This document shows, one piece after another, positions 1 to 8,918 of a stretch of 32,000 bases of DNA; position 1 is the first letter of the stretch; each line of letters begins with the position of its first letter. Under the pieces are notes generated by a model. The model did not search any database and was not told the DNA's origin. It saw only the letters and a list, made by a program, of their open reading frames with translations. The translations under genes were made by a program, and so were the position numbers. Source of the DNA: an uncultured archaeon (lineage in GTDB: Archaea; Asgardarchaeota; Thorarchaeia; Thorarchaeales; Thorarchaeaceae); assembly GCA_964648855.1 (NCBI GenBank), contig CAZYLT010000009.1, positions 1 through 32,000 of the forward strand, written 5' to 3'.

Positions 1-25
1 GTTGATAGACAATTGTTCATTGGGC

Positions 26-802
26 ATGGATATTCCCTTTCTTCGGGATTCACTTCTGCAATACAGAGGCTAGTCACCACCTGTTCCTGTATGCGAGTGG
101 TTTCAATTCCCTTTCTTCGGGATTCACTTCTGCAATGTTTGTCGCGAATTCACAAATCCAAGAGTTCGTTACTCTTGGGGGGTTTCAATTCCCTTTCTTC
201 GGGATTCACTTCTGCAATAAACTCAAGGCCTGGTATTGCAGGCATATTAGCCTGTTTCAATTCCCTTTCTTCGGGATTCACTTCTGCAATTGTGACCAGA
301 TATTGGAAGTCTCCGAAGATATTTGAGTTTCAATTCCCTTTCTTCGGGATTCACTTCTGCAATGCAATCATCAGCGACCACCACCACATGGGTTAGGTGT
401 TTCAATTCCCTTTCTTCGGGATTCACTTCTGCAATGGGATGCTGAACTAGCTTTCAGCCTTAAATTGGATAAGTTTCAATTCCCTTTCTTCGGGATTCAC
501 TTCTGCAATTCACGGAAAGGTTGTTTTACAAGGCGGAAGATTTAAAGTTTCAATTCCCTTTCTTCGGGATTCACTTCTGCAATTTTGCTTGGTTTAATGG
601 TTCAGTCTATGGCTCTGAAGTTTCAATTCCCTTTCTTCGGGATTCACTTCTGCAATAAGATTTTGTTTTGGAGATTACGAAAAACCAAATGGGTTTCAAT
701 TCCCTTTCTTCGGGATTCACTTCTGCAATTTGTATTAAATCCTAATTCTCTTCCAGCGGCTCCATGTTTCAATTCCCTTTCTTCGGGATTCACTTCTGCA
801 AT
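26..802 (-). CRISPR. CRISPR array: 11 repeats (10 identical, 1 degenerate trailer) and 10 spacers of 35-45 bp
   Basis: The repeat GTTTCAATTCCCTTTCTTCGGGATTCACTTCTGCAAT (37 bp) starts at 100, 182, 254, 327, 399, 473, 547, 620, 693 and 766, with a degenerate copy at 26-62. The reverse complement ends in the classic Cas6 handle ATTGAAAC, preceded by a TCCC/GGGA stem. With the degenerate repeat at the left end, this indicates minus-strand transcription. Confidence 0.99.
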
Positions 803-1081
803 AGCCCATCAAACATATCAATTTTGCCCATACGAGCCCGCATAACTCCGCTTCCAGGCATGCCATGCGATGCCCCCTCAAACTCGCTCTCATTTATAAA
901 GGGCATCGCAACTCGATAATTTTCATCAGTATAATAAGAAAAATTGACAGTTGGGGTTAGAAGACACATTTGTCCGGCACACCGTTGGATGTCAATACGC
1001 CGAGTTGATACAAGCTCAAAAATGTTATACACGCTCCACACTCTGAAAGTCCTGCTACATGGTGGGCATTGAGGCTTAATA
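803..1081 (-). promoter_or_regulatory. CRISPR leader / divergent promoter region between the array and cas6
   Basis: Non-coding region next to the intact end of the array. It has a TATA-like TTTATAAA at 893-900, an AT-rich tract at about 915-950, and a 10-bp inverted repeat at 866-875/901-910. Confidence 0.75.
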
Positions 1082-1942
1082 ATGATAGGACTGCGCTTTC
1101 ATATAACTAGTCCAATGAAGTTGGACTTGGGTTACACTGGTAGGCCTCTACGCTCTTGGTTCTTAAAGACGGTACAGGACTTCGACCCCGAGCTTAGTAG
1201 TGAGATGCATGCCCAACAAACAATTCGCGATTTTGTTGTTGTCCCACTTCCGCACGATAATCATTTCAAGACCCATTTCAATATGGGCAGTGAATACACA
1301 TTTGGCGTTCGCCTTCTTCGAAAAAAGAGATTCGTTGAGCTCCTGAAACATATTCTGAATCTGAACTATCTGGAGCTTCGTTTACATAATCATGTAATGC
1401 CGATTCGTGCTGTTGACTATAGCATCGATGACCCCCATGAATTGATGAACCAATGGATCTCCTCACCAAATCTTGATGATGCATCTGCAGTACGAATAAG
1501 GATGGCTTTCAACACTCCCGTACAGCTCTCCAAGTCAGACACGGATGCACTTTGCATGTTCCCTCTCCCCGAGAAAGTATTTCCCTCTATTCTTCGCATC
1601 TGGCAGGATTTGGGGTATACGGGTTTCAGGTCGATTGAGGAGTATGTGGAATGGGTTCTCCAGAACGTCTATGTTGCGAGACACAAAACCAAGACAGTAC
1701 CTATAAGGATGGGACCTCACTTGACTGTGATCGGTTTTGTCGGGAAGGTTGAATACCTAGTTCACAATACTGAGTCAATCCCGGCAAAGATGACTGTGGG
1801 ACTGTCGAAGTATTCCGAGTTATGCAATCTTGGTAAGCATCGGACGGCCGGCTTGGGTTCCATATCCACACAGGTCTTTCTTGAGGAAGAATCTGGTGCC
1901 CAATCCCAGCTGCATTTTGTGGAGCCTGCATATCAACAATAA
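1082..1942 (+). CDS. cas6: CRISPR-associated endoribonuclease Cas6
   Basis: C-terminal glycine-rich loop LGKHRTAGLG, plus FPLPEKVFPSILRIW and GFVGKVEY segments typical of type I-D/III-associated Cas6. Adjacent to the array. Confidence 0.93.
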   Translation: MIGLRFHITSPMKLDLGYTGRPLRSWFLKTVQDFDPELSSEMHAQQTIRDFVVVPLPHDNHFKTHFNMGSEYTFGVRLLRKKRFVELLKHILNLNYLELRLHNHVMPIRAVDYSIDDPHELMNQWISSPNLDDASAVRIRMAFNTPVQLSKSDTDALCMFPLPEKVFPSILRIWQDLGYTGFRSIEEYVEWVLQNVYVARHKTKTVPIRMGPHLTVIGFVGKVEYLVHNTESIPAKMTVGLSKYSELCNLGKHRTAGLGSISTQVFLEEESGAQSQLHFVEPAYQQ

Positions 1943-2081
1943 GCTCTAGGCGGGATATACGTGGGTTTGAAGAGGGGAGTATAGCCAATCCAAGAACTGT
2001 GAAAAAAACCAAGAGTCGAGTGACTCAGGATAAACCGTGGTTAGTAAGCCATATAATAGAATAGTACGATGGGACACAGAA

Positions 2082-2786
2082 ATGACGCAAGAGACCCATG
2101 TAGTATACATAGCGACCGTTGGCAGCAGCATAGAGCCCATTCAAAGAGGAATATTCTATGCCTCCCCTGATGTTGTTTACTTGCTTTATGGTTCCAACCC
2201 TCGAATGAAGCAAAGAAATCCTCGAATCGTTGCTGCCAGCGTCAGAGAAAATGTCAAAGCCTTTGGTCTGAAAGAAGTTACACTAAAGGAAATCGACCCA
2301 TTCTCACTAGAGAGTGTGATGACAGAATTCATTGGCATCTGGCAGAATCATGCGAATGATAAGATAATCGCAAACATGACTGGCGGTACGAACATAATGG
2401 CATCTGCCTGTCTGCTTGCAGGTTTTACTATTTCCGCCAAAGTCATTTATGTTAGAGAGCTAGAAAAAGGCGAAGAAGTCCCGCTGGAAGAACAAGTCAT
2501 CACATTGCCAACCCCTAGAATCCCATTTTCCGCTTTGAGCGAAGAAAAGCAACAGATTCTGAGGTTTATCTTCAAGGAAACAGAGGCGGGCAATACTCTA
2601 CTTGAGAAGGCAAATTGCAAAATCGCAGACCACTTGAAGATAACACCGCAAACTGTTTCATATCACGTTAAACGAATGGAACGGAGCGAGCTCATACGAT
2701 GTCAAAAGAAGGGCCGGAATTTGCGTGTGGGACTAACTCCGTCAGGTCTGCTCTTTGCTCGAATGCTTGAGAAATCAACCCAATGA
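2082..2786 (+). CDS. Csa3-like CARF-domain/winged-HTH transcriptional regulator
   Basis: N-terminal Rossmann-like CARF motifs (VYIATVG, IANMTGGT) and a C-terminal wHTH (IADHLKITPQTVSYHVKRME...LTPSG). ATG 2082 is the preferred start; the ORF is open from GTG 2037. Confidence 0.85.
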   Translation: MTQETHVVYIATVGSSIEPIQRGIFYASPDVVYLLYGSNPRMKQRNPRIVAASVRENVKAFGLKEVTLKEIDPFSLESVMTEFIGIWQNHANDKIIANMTGGTNIMASACLLAGFTISAKVIYVRELEKGEEVPLEEQVITLPTPRIPFSALSEEKQQILRFIFKETEAGNTLLEKANCKIADHLKITPQTVSYHVKRMERSELIRCQKKGRNLRVGLTPSGLLFARMLEKSTQ

Positions 2787-2797
2787 TACCGCATTAC

Positions 2798-2840
2798 ATT
2801 TCGATAATATGTCGAAATTTAAGCCGATTCACTTTATAAT
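2798..2840 (+). promoter_or_regulatory. Palindrome ATTTCGA-N7-TCGAAAT followed by TATA-like TTTATAAT, upstream of the helicase cassette
   Basis: Inverted repeat at 2798-2818 and TTTATAAT at 2833-2840, both read directly. The function is inferred. Confidence 0.4.
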
Positions 2841-3105
2841 GTTAGTCAATAAATGTCCTTTATGAATTCAGATAGCCCCGCAAAGAGGGTCGGTAGACAT
2901 AATCATTCCTCTGGAATTCTTAATTCAACGGGATTGTTGCTGCTATACAAACAAAGAACCTACAAATATACTGAATCCATCAGGCTGATTCGTCTATGGG
3001 AGGGTTCTTCCAAGTTGTTACCTAAAGGTGAAGCGAAGAAGCGACAATTGAAGTTAAATCATCTTTCTTGCGACATTCTGTCTGCTCCTTCTCAGAAATG
3101 CATTT

Positions 3106-5856
3106 TTGAAGATTTTGGAGGTGCAACAAGTGGCTGGCTTTGACCCACGCCAGCTTCGTTCCTCAGTAATGGCATACCGCAACCTTCCTGATGTAAAGAC
3201 TACAGATGACTGTTATTACCAGATGCTACGTGTCTCGTTGGGTCTTAAAGATATCATTGAGTATCTAGACCATACCATATACAGCTTTGAGAAAAAATAT
3301 GCAGCACTAAAGGTGCAACTGAATAACCGAAGTGTTCGCGAGTATGTCCGTAGGAACCACAAAAATGCTACATGGGCACGAATCATCAGTGTGAATTCCG
3401 ATGAGAGTGGCAATTGGAAAAAATTGCTTCAAAGGGGCATTTCATTGCTGTCACCTGATGAGGTCAGGAACTCAGATCCGTATCAGGAAAGAATACCGCT
3501 TCAAATGCCTGAAAACCTGAAAAAGCTACTCCGCACCAAAAGGGAGCAATTCAGCTTCTTAGGGTATCCTATTGAGATTCTCGATTTCCATGAATCACAC
3601 AACATGATTCTACTTGCTGAAGTTCCGGAAGCAGCTTTCGGCAATGAAAGGAAGAGGTTTCGGCTCTTCTATATCCCCTCAACGTATCAGTGGAGGAGAT
3701 ATCGTGAAGCGCTGTACAATTTCATAAATGAGCCCTCCAAGAATCTTAATCCTTTGTTGAATCTGTTCCAGAGAACCTCCTCTGTGAAATGGCCCGACGT
3801 TCCTAGTACCAGATTCAAGAAGAGCGACTGGTTGTTTCTTAAAGACCAAGATAATCCGTCCACAGAGAAGCAGCGTAGATTTGTGAGAAGAGCTGTTAAG
3901 ACTCCGGATTTCGCCCTTCTCTGGGGGCCACCAGGAGCAGGCAAGACTTACACGATAATGGAGCTGATCTACCAAGCAGTAAGGCGAGGGATGAGGGTGC
4001 TCTTCTGTGCTTCTACTCATGTTGCCATCGACCAGGCATTGGAACGGCTATTGACAGAACCCAAGGCGCTAGAAGAGATAGTTCCATTGAGGATTGGCGC
4101 GTCTGAAAAGATTAGCAGTTTGATTAGAGATTACCAGCTGGAGCGAATTGCCCCGCATTATAGAAAGGAGATTGTGGATGAACTAAGCGCCAAATCGAAT
4201 CGAAGCAAGGCACAAAATCAGTGGCTTAGAACCTTGAATTCTGAGGATGGAAAGAGCTGGGTGGACAGGATGCTGGTTGAGTCAGCAAATCTAGTCTGTG
4301 GAACGACAGTTGGGATATTGCAGCATCCCGAAATTAAGGGCGCCAGTCATTCGGAATCAAAGCCTGTTTATGATATTCTCATCATAGATGAGGCAAGTAA
4401 GACCACCTTTCATGAGTTCTTAGTTCCTGCGCATTTCGCACAACGTTGGATTCTTTGTGGTGACCCCCGACAGCTTTCACCTCATGTTGATGCAGATAGC
4501 ATTGCGGCTACTATAAAGACGCTACTGGATAACCAAGAACAGAGAGATTGTTGCATTGATATCTACTCAGTGGCTAAACAGCATAGATATCCAATTCAGC
4601 TCCTATTGATATCTGATGACGAAATCAAAGGAAATCTTTACAATTTACAGGCGGAGAGCAAAGGGCTCCATACCTCCATGTTGGATGACGATACTGATTT
4701 GGGAAACAAAAAAATCTTGACCGAAATATTGTCCTCTTCAGTCATTATCAGTGACGAATCGAAGGCAAAGACAATATCCAAATATTTGCCTGGCTCAATA
4801 GAAATGATTCGAGGCAATCAATCACTTCTTGGACCAGAGTTCAAAGCCAAGCGTGAATATCTAAGAAATCAGGGTCAACTATGGACTCCAAGAGAAAGAA
4901 ACTGGGAGTTAGAGCTTTCGATTATTCTAGGTCAAGAGTTCTTCACCAGAACTACAAAAGACGGCTCTTTTGAAAAATATGGGGAGAGAAAGCAACTCCT
5001 GATTCCGGAATTCATTGAAGCAGATGAATTCGGTGAGAATCTGCAGCCTTCTACAAAATCTGCAGAACAATTTGAGGAGCAGCTGAACAGAGTACGGCTC
5101 TGCGCATACCCAAGCGTGCTGGAATTACTTGTTGAGGGCTTCCGTCCAGAGGCTGATTTTGATAGCACGCTGAACCGGGGATTTCCTGAAGATGCGCTAG
5201 AGAATCGGCTGATAAAATTGCAGTACCAATTTCGCATGCATCCTGAAATGTCATCTTTTCCTAGAACTCATATCTATGACTCAGAGCTGCTAAGAGATGC
5301 TCCGAATGTTGAAAGCAAACGAAGTTGGCCTTATCAAAGATACACAGAAAGGGCCATCTGGATGGATGTGACTGGTGATTGCGAAAATTATACCAACAAA
5401 GATGAAGCACATGCATTGGTCAAGGAGCTAAAAGAGTTCTTGGACTGGGCGGCACTAAATCCGCGACCAGATGGAGAACGCTGGGAAGTTGCAGTTCTTT
5501 CTTTCTATAACAACCAAATTGATTGCATTCTTCAACTCATCCAATCTGATAATACTCTGACCTACGACAAGTCAGACCTCTACACTGCTGTTAATGCTCA
5601 GATAAGAATAGGATCCGTGGATAGCATTCAAGGAAGAGAGGCTGATATTGTATTTATTAGCTTCGTGAGAAATGGATATTCCGGGATTGGTTTTCTCAAT
5701 AGCCCAAATCGTTTGAATGTTGCAATCACTCGTGGAAGATATCAGTTAGTACTAGTGGGCAACAAACGTGGTCTTGCAGAGCAAAATGAATCTGAATTGC
5801 TACGCCGACTAGCAGAGCTACCCGATGACACACCTTTTGGAGATGATGAGGAATGA
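3106..5856 (+). CDS. SF1 helicase, UPF1/DNA2/NAM7-like (AAA_11/AAA_12)
   Basis: Motifs GPPGAGKT, ASTHVAID, IIDEAS, GDPRQL, QFRMHP, SVDSIQGRE and NRLNVAITR. The start is uncertain (TTG 3106 or ATG 3169). Confidence 0.93.
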   Translation: MKILEVQQVAGFDPRQLRSSVMAYRNLPDVKTTDDCYYQMLRVSLGLKDIIEYLDHTIYSFEKKYAALKVQLNNRSVREYVRRNHKNATWARIISVNSDESGNWKKLLQRGISLLSPDEVRNSDPYQERIPLQMPENLKKLLRTKREQFSFLGYPIEILDFHESHNMILLAEVPEAAFGNERKRFRLFYIPSTYQWRRYREALYNFINEPSKNLNPLLNLFQRTSSVKWPDVPSTRFKKSDWLFLKDQDNPSTEKQRRFVRRAVKTPDFALLWGPPGAGKTYTIMELIYQAVRRGMRVLFCASTHVAIDQALERLLTEPKALEEIVPLRIGASEKISSLIRDYQLERIAPHYRKEIVDELSAKSNRSKAQNQWLRTLNSEDGKSWVDRMLVESANLVCGTTVGILQHPEIKGASHSESKPVYDILIIDEASKTTFHEFLVPAHFAQRWILCGDPRQLSPHVDADSIAATIKTLLDNQEQRDCCIDIYSVAKQHRYPIQLLLISDDEIKGNLYNLQAESKGLHTSMLDDDTDLGNKKILTEILSSSVIISDESKAKTISKYLPGSIEMIRGNQSLLGPEFKAKREYLRNQGQLWTPRERNWELELSIILGQEFFTRTTKDGSFEKYGERKQLLIPEFIEADEFGENLQPSTKSAEQFEEQLNRVRLCAYPSVLELLVEGFRPEADFDSTLNRGFPEDALENRLIKLQYQFRMHPEMSSFPRTHIYDSELLRDAPNVESKRSWPYQRYTERAIWMDVTGDCENYTNKDEAHALVKELKEFLDWAALNPRPDGERWEVAVLSFYNNQIDCILQLIQSDNTLTYDKSDLYTAVNAQIRIGSVDSIQGREADIVFISFVRNGYSGIGFLNSPNRLNVAITRGRYQLVLVGNKRGLAEQNESELLRRLAELPDDTPFGDDEE

Positions 5857-6968
5857 GCAAGAGCGAGAAAATGAATTTCAGTAGAGAATTAACGGTTCAC
5901 ATATGGGATATTAGGCTGTCCATCCAGACATATGAAGAACATCCTGTGTGGTTGGCAATACTTCAGCTTGCTCATGAAAATTCTGACGTTGTGAATGCGA
6001 AGCTTGTTCACAAGGAACTTCTGGCTGAGAAGACACCTCTGCTCCAGGCAGAGCTATTATTGAATCGGGTTTACAAAGAAGGGCTTCTTGACAAGAATTA
6101 TTGTCTAACTGATGATGGTGTCGATGCATTGGATAAGGAACTAGTGCCAACTAGATTGACCGGAATGTTCACTGTAAGCTTCGTGGATGACCCGTTAATA
6201 CCCCAAGTCATCCTGTCTATTGATGGCCCTCATGAAGCCAGATTGGATGGCAGGGAATTAGGGCATAAAGGAGGAGCTAGATATGAAATCAATGGCACTC
6301 GAGAGGTTCCTAACCTCATCGAACAAGTCGTAGATTATCCGATCTTGTTGAAAGAAACCTCTGAATCAGTACTAGTTAAAGATGTTGACAGATATGGCCT
6401 TCCACAGAATACTTCCAGATGTGACTTAACCCTTCAAATAGGTGTCAATAATGAACCAATTTTACGAATAGGAAAGCCAGTGGATAGAAGATTACCATTG
6501 CCGGAGAGTTTTGACATTAGCTACAAGAAGGCATTGGACTTGTTGCTTAGCACACTAGGCGAAGATTGGCAAAGGACGCGAGAAATTATCCTCGTGGAAT
6601 TCGAAAGCACCAACTCAACGGAAAGAAGGGCCTTTCGGAAATCATTCAAAGTAAGCAAACCTGAGCTTCCCAATTTCGGGTCTTTTCGAAGCATGAAAAC
6701 TCCCGCTGTGGATATTGAACCCAGGAGCAAAACTGATGCGAGCAAGTGGTATTACTGGTTGATAGTTGATGAGCTTCCGAATCAGTACCTTCGACAATCT
6801 GCATTCACCAAGCATGCGTCTGATACGCGAAAGAAATTCCCGAAGAAGTTCGAGATTAAGATACCAAAGCAAGAGGAAGTTGCGAAGACTCTCTTCGAGC
6901 GGGATGAAACAAATAAGGCCTGGCTGCTTCAGGCTCCCCTCGACTTGCTACCGGGTGATGCAAGATGA
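5853..6968 (+). CDS. Uncharacterised 371-aa protein with a probable N-terminal winged helix
   Basis: Long ORF with ATGA overlaps to both neighbours. The segment ELLLNRVYKEGLLDKNYCLTDDG resembles a wHTH recognition helix and wing. Confidence 0.8.
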   Translation: MSKSEKMNFSRELTVHIWDIRLSIQTYEEHPVWLAILQLAHENSDVVNAKLVHKELLAEKTPLLQAELLLNRVYKEGLLDKNYCLTDDGVDALDKELVPTRLTGMFTVSFVDDPLIPQVILSIDGPHEARLDGRELGHKGGARYEINGTREVPNLIEQVVDYPILLKETSESVLVKDVDRYGLPQNTSRCDLTLQIGVNNEPILRIGKPVDRRLPLPESFDISYKKALDLLLSTLGEDWQRTREIILVEFESTNSTERRAFRKSFKVSKPELPNFGSFRSMKTPAVDIEPRSKTDASKWYYWLIVDELPNQYLRQSAFTKHASDTRKKFPKKFEIKIPKQEEVAKTLFERDETNKAWLLQAPLDLLPGDAR

Positions 6969-8458
6969 CCAACCCATTTGTTCAGGACAGGACTAAGCTG
7001 GTATCACAAATAGACCAAACCATTGGCCCCGCGTGGTTTTCGCGAGATTCTGACAACTGGGAAAAAGAAACCAGCCCCCCGGTTTTGATAGGGGGTCATG
7101 GAGGTGGCACGCTAAAATCGGAGATACTGGATATTGTCGCAGGGGCTGAGCAAATTATAGCGATATGTTCATTTTTGATTGGTGATGATAATTTGATTGA
7201 AAGTATCTTGGATGCCGCTAGGAGGGGCGTCCGTGTTTACATTCTTACTGCCTCCAAGGACCGCATTGCTCAGGACAACTTGGCGGAGGGGTCTTTGCAG
7301 AAAAAGGTGCAGATAGAAAATGAGCAAATGTTGAATAAAATCTGTCGAAAGACGCTCCTCCGTGATGCCCAGGTTCATGCCAAGTTCATCTTGTCGGACC
7401 CTGCCAAAAAGACACGCAAAGGAGTCCTATCTACGGCAAACTTCACTTACCATGCTCTTCTTCATCCTGAAATGGGTCTAACTCTAGGTGATGACCAGAT
7501 TGAGGAACTCTTCATGGTTTTCTGTTCGGCTTGGTGGGACCTCGGTGAAAGAGAATTGCTGAAACCTAATATGCTGACAGACGCACGCAAAATTGAACCA
7601 CCAGTTTCAGGAGAGGTATCCAAGATAATCAATAATCTCCAAGCTTTCGCTCTAACGTATCGCAATAGAGTAACGAAATTGAGGTCGGAAATAAGCCGTC
7701 TAGTGTTGAATGCTCAGGACGAATTATTTCTTGCCACCTACGGGGTATCAGATGATGATCCGATATTCGAAGATATTCTTGCCCAATCATCGGTGAAAAA
7801 TGTCAAAATCCTTGTCAGACCTCGGGTAAAGACGACTCCTTTGTTGCACCAACTTAAAGAGAATGGCGCTGAAGTCAGAGGTTTGGACGATTTGCATGCG
7901 AAAGTTGTGTGCACAAAGACAAGTCGGGGTGTTGAGGCTCTTCTCATGACCGCAAACCTTGAGAAAATAAGTCTTCAACAGGGTTTTGAGGTTGGCCTGT
8001 TAACCAGTGGTTCTATTGCTGAGCAGATTATTGAACTCATGGACCATTGGTGGGAGAACGCCAACTGGGAATACTCGATTTCTAGGAAACTAGGAGAACA
8101 TTTAGGACCATATCGGGTTCTCAAACAGAATGAATTTGACGAACGAGAGGTAATTGAATCAAAAACCCTACCTCTTGGAGAAATAACTATTGAAGACCTA
8201 TCGATGCTCGATTCATTCATGCCAGATTTTCCGAAAGTGGATGACGTACAAAAGGTGGAATATAGTTGGAGAACCATTCCTAGAGAACTTCCTAAGAAAT
8301 GTAAGTCTTACAATATCGATAATTTGGCTCCATACATAGACGTCTGGAAATGCAGGAAGAATCAGATTTTCATTAGTGTATCCAGCCCCGAAGAGCTTTC
8401 ATCTGTTCTTGATACAGAAGACCTGCCCAATGTTCCCATTGTGTATCGTGCCAAATGA
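6965..8458 (+). CDS. Phospholipase D-superfamily protein with two PLD domains, putative nuclease
   Basis: Motifs HAKFILSD...STANFT and HAKVVCTK...MTANLE, plus AARRGVRVYIL. No signal peptide is evident. Confidence 0.88.
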   Translation: MTNPFVQDRTKLVSQIDQTIGPAWFSRDSDNWEKETSPPVLIGGHGGGTLKSEILDIVAGAEQIIAICSFLIGDDNLIESILDAARRGVRVYILTASKDRIAQDNLAEGSLQKKVQIENEQMLNKICRKTLLRDAQVHAKFILSDPAKKTRKGVLSTANFTYHALLHPEMGLTLGDDQIEELFMVFCSAWWDLGERELLKPNMLTDARKIEPPVSGEVSKIINNLQAFALTYRNRVTKLRSEISRLVLNAQDELFLATYGVSDDDPIFEDILAQSSVKNVKILVRPRVKTTPLLHQLKENGAEVRGLDDLHAKVVCTKTSRGVEALLMTANLEKISLQQGFEVGLLTSGSIAEQIIELMDHWWENANWEYSISRKLGEHLGPYRVLKQNEFDEREVIESKTLPLGEITIEDLSMLDSFMPDFPKVDDVQKVEYSWRTIPRELPKKCKSYNIDNLAPYIDVWKCRKNQIFISVSSPEELSSVLDTEDLPNVPIVYRAK

Positions 8459-8597
8459 TTCTTAGTGCTCGGATGCTTAACACGGTTGGAGGGTCATATG
8501 TTTGGAGGTATAATCAGGCGGAAAAAGGAAACGATAGCTACCTTCCAACGAGCAACAGTTATATTTTCAAACAAAGAATAAACATAAAGTGTTCCTA

Positions 8598-8753
8598 ATG
8601 TGCAAGAAAAAAGAAAAAATAGAAGGTCTAGAGGAGGCGGTTTACGAAATGGGTGCAAAATCTCATGGTATCGACACTGAAGGTCTCTCACACAAAAGAA
8701 TCAAGGAAATTGTTGATGCTCGGGATAGAGATAAAATCGATTATTCTTATTGA
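8598..8753 (+). CDS. Putative 51-aa small protein (not in the ORF track)
   Basis: ATG 8598 to TGA 8753 encodes MCKKKEKIEGLEEAVYEMGAKSHGIDTEGLSHKRIKEIVDARDRDKIDYSY. The composition is protein-like and it lies in an otherwise empty 460-bp gap. Confidence 0.45.
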   Translation: MCKKKEKIEGLEEAVYEMGAKSHGIDTEGLSHKRIKEIVDARDRDKIDYSY

Positions 8754-8918
8754 TTCGAGTTTTTGATGCCAAATCAAAATGAAAAATTAGGCCTACTGGT
8801 ATGTAAGCCCCTCGGCGGTATTCGATATTAAGTCTTGATGAGTAAATGAAATCTTGTTTCATGTATGCTATCGATATTCGCGTAATGGGCTATTGGAATG
8901 ACCCCACGTAGTGTTCTT

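Noticed and set aside
63-765. Self-targeting of spacers within the window
   Set aside because: Only short chance matches were seen by eye (e.g. AGATATTGGA near 15572). An alignment is needed for certainty.
13-845. ORFs 13-396, 135-326 and 585-845
   Set aside because: They are translations of CRISPR repeats and spacers (recurring FQFPFFGIHFCN and FNSLSSGFTSA).
790-1041. 83-aa minus-strand ORF in the leader
   Set aside because: It overlaps the first repeat and leader and has no recognisable motif.
2853-3143. 96-aa ORF before the helicase
   Set aside because: It has no motif, an atypical composition and overlaps the helicase start; not fully excluded.
8494-8691. 65-aa minus-strand ORF
   Set aside because: Its hydrophobicity comes from the antisense of A-rich sequence. 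The plus-strand 51-aa ORF is more protein-like.
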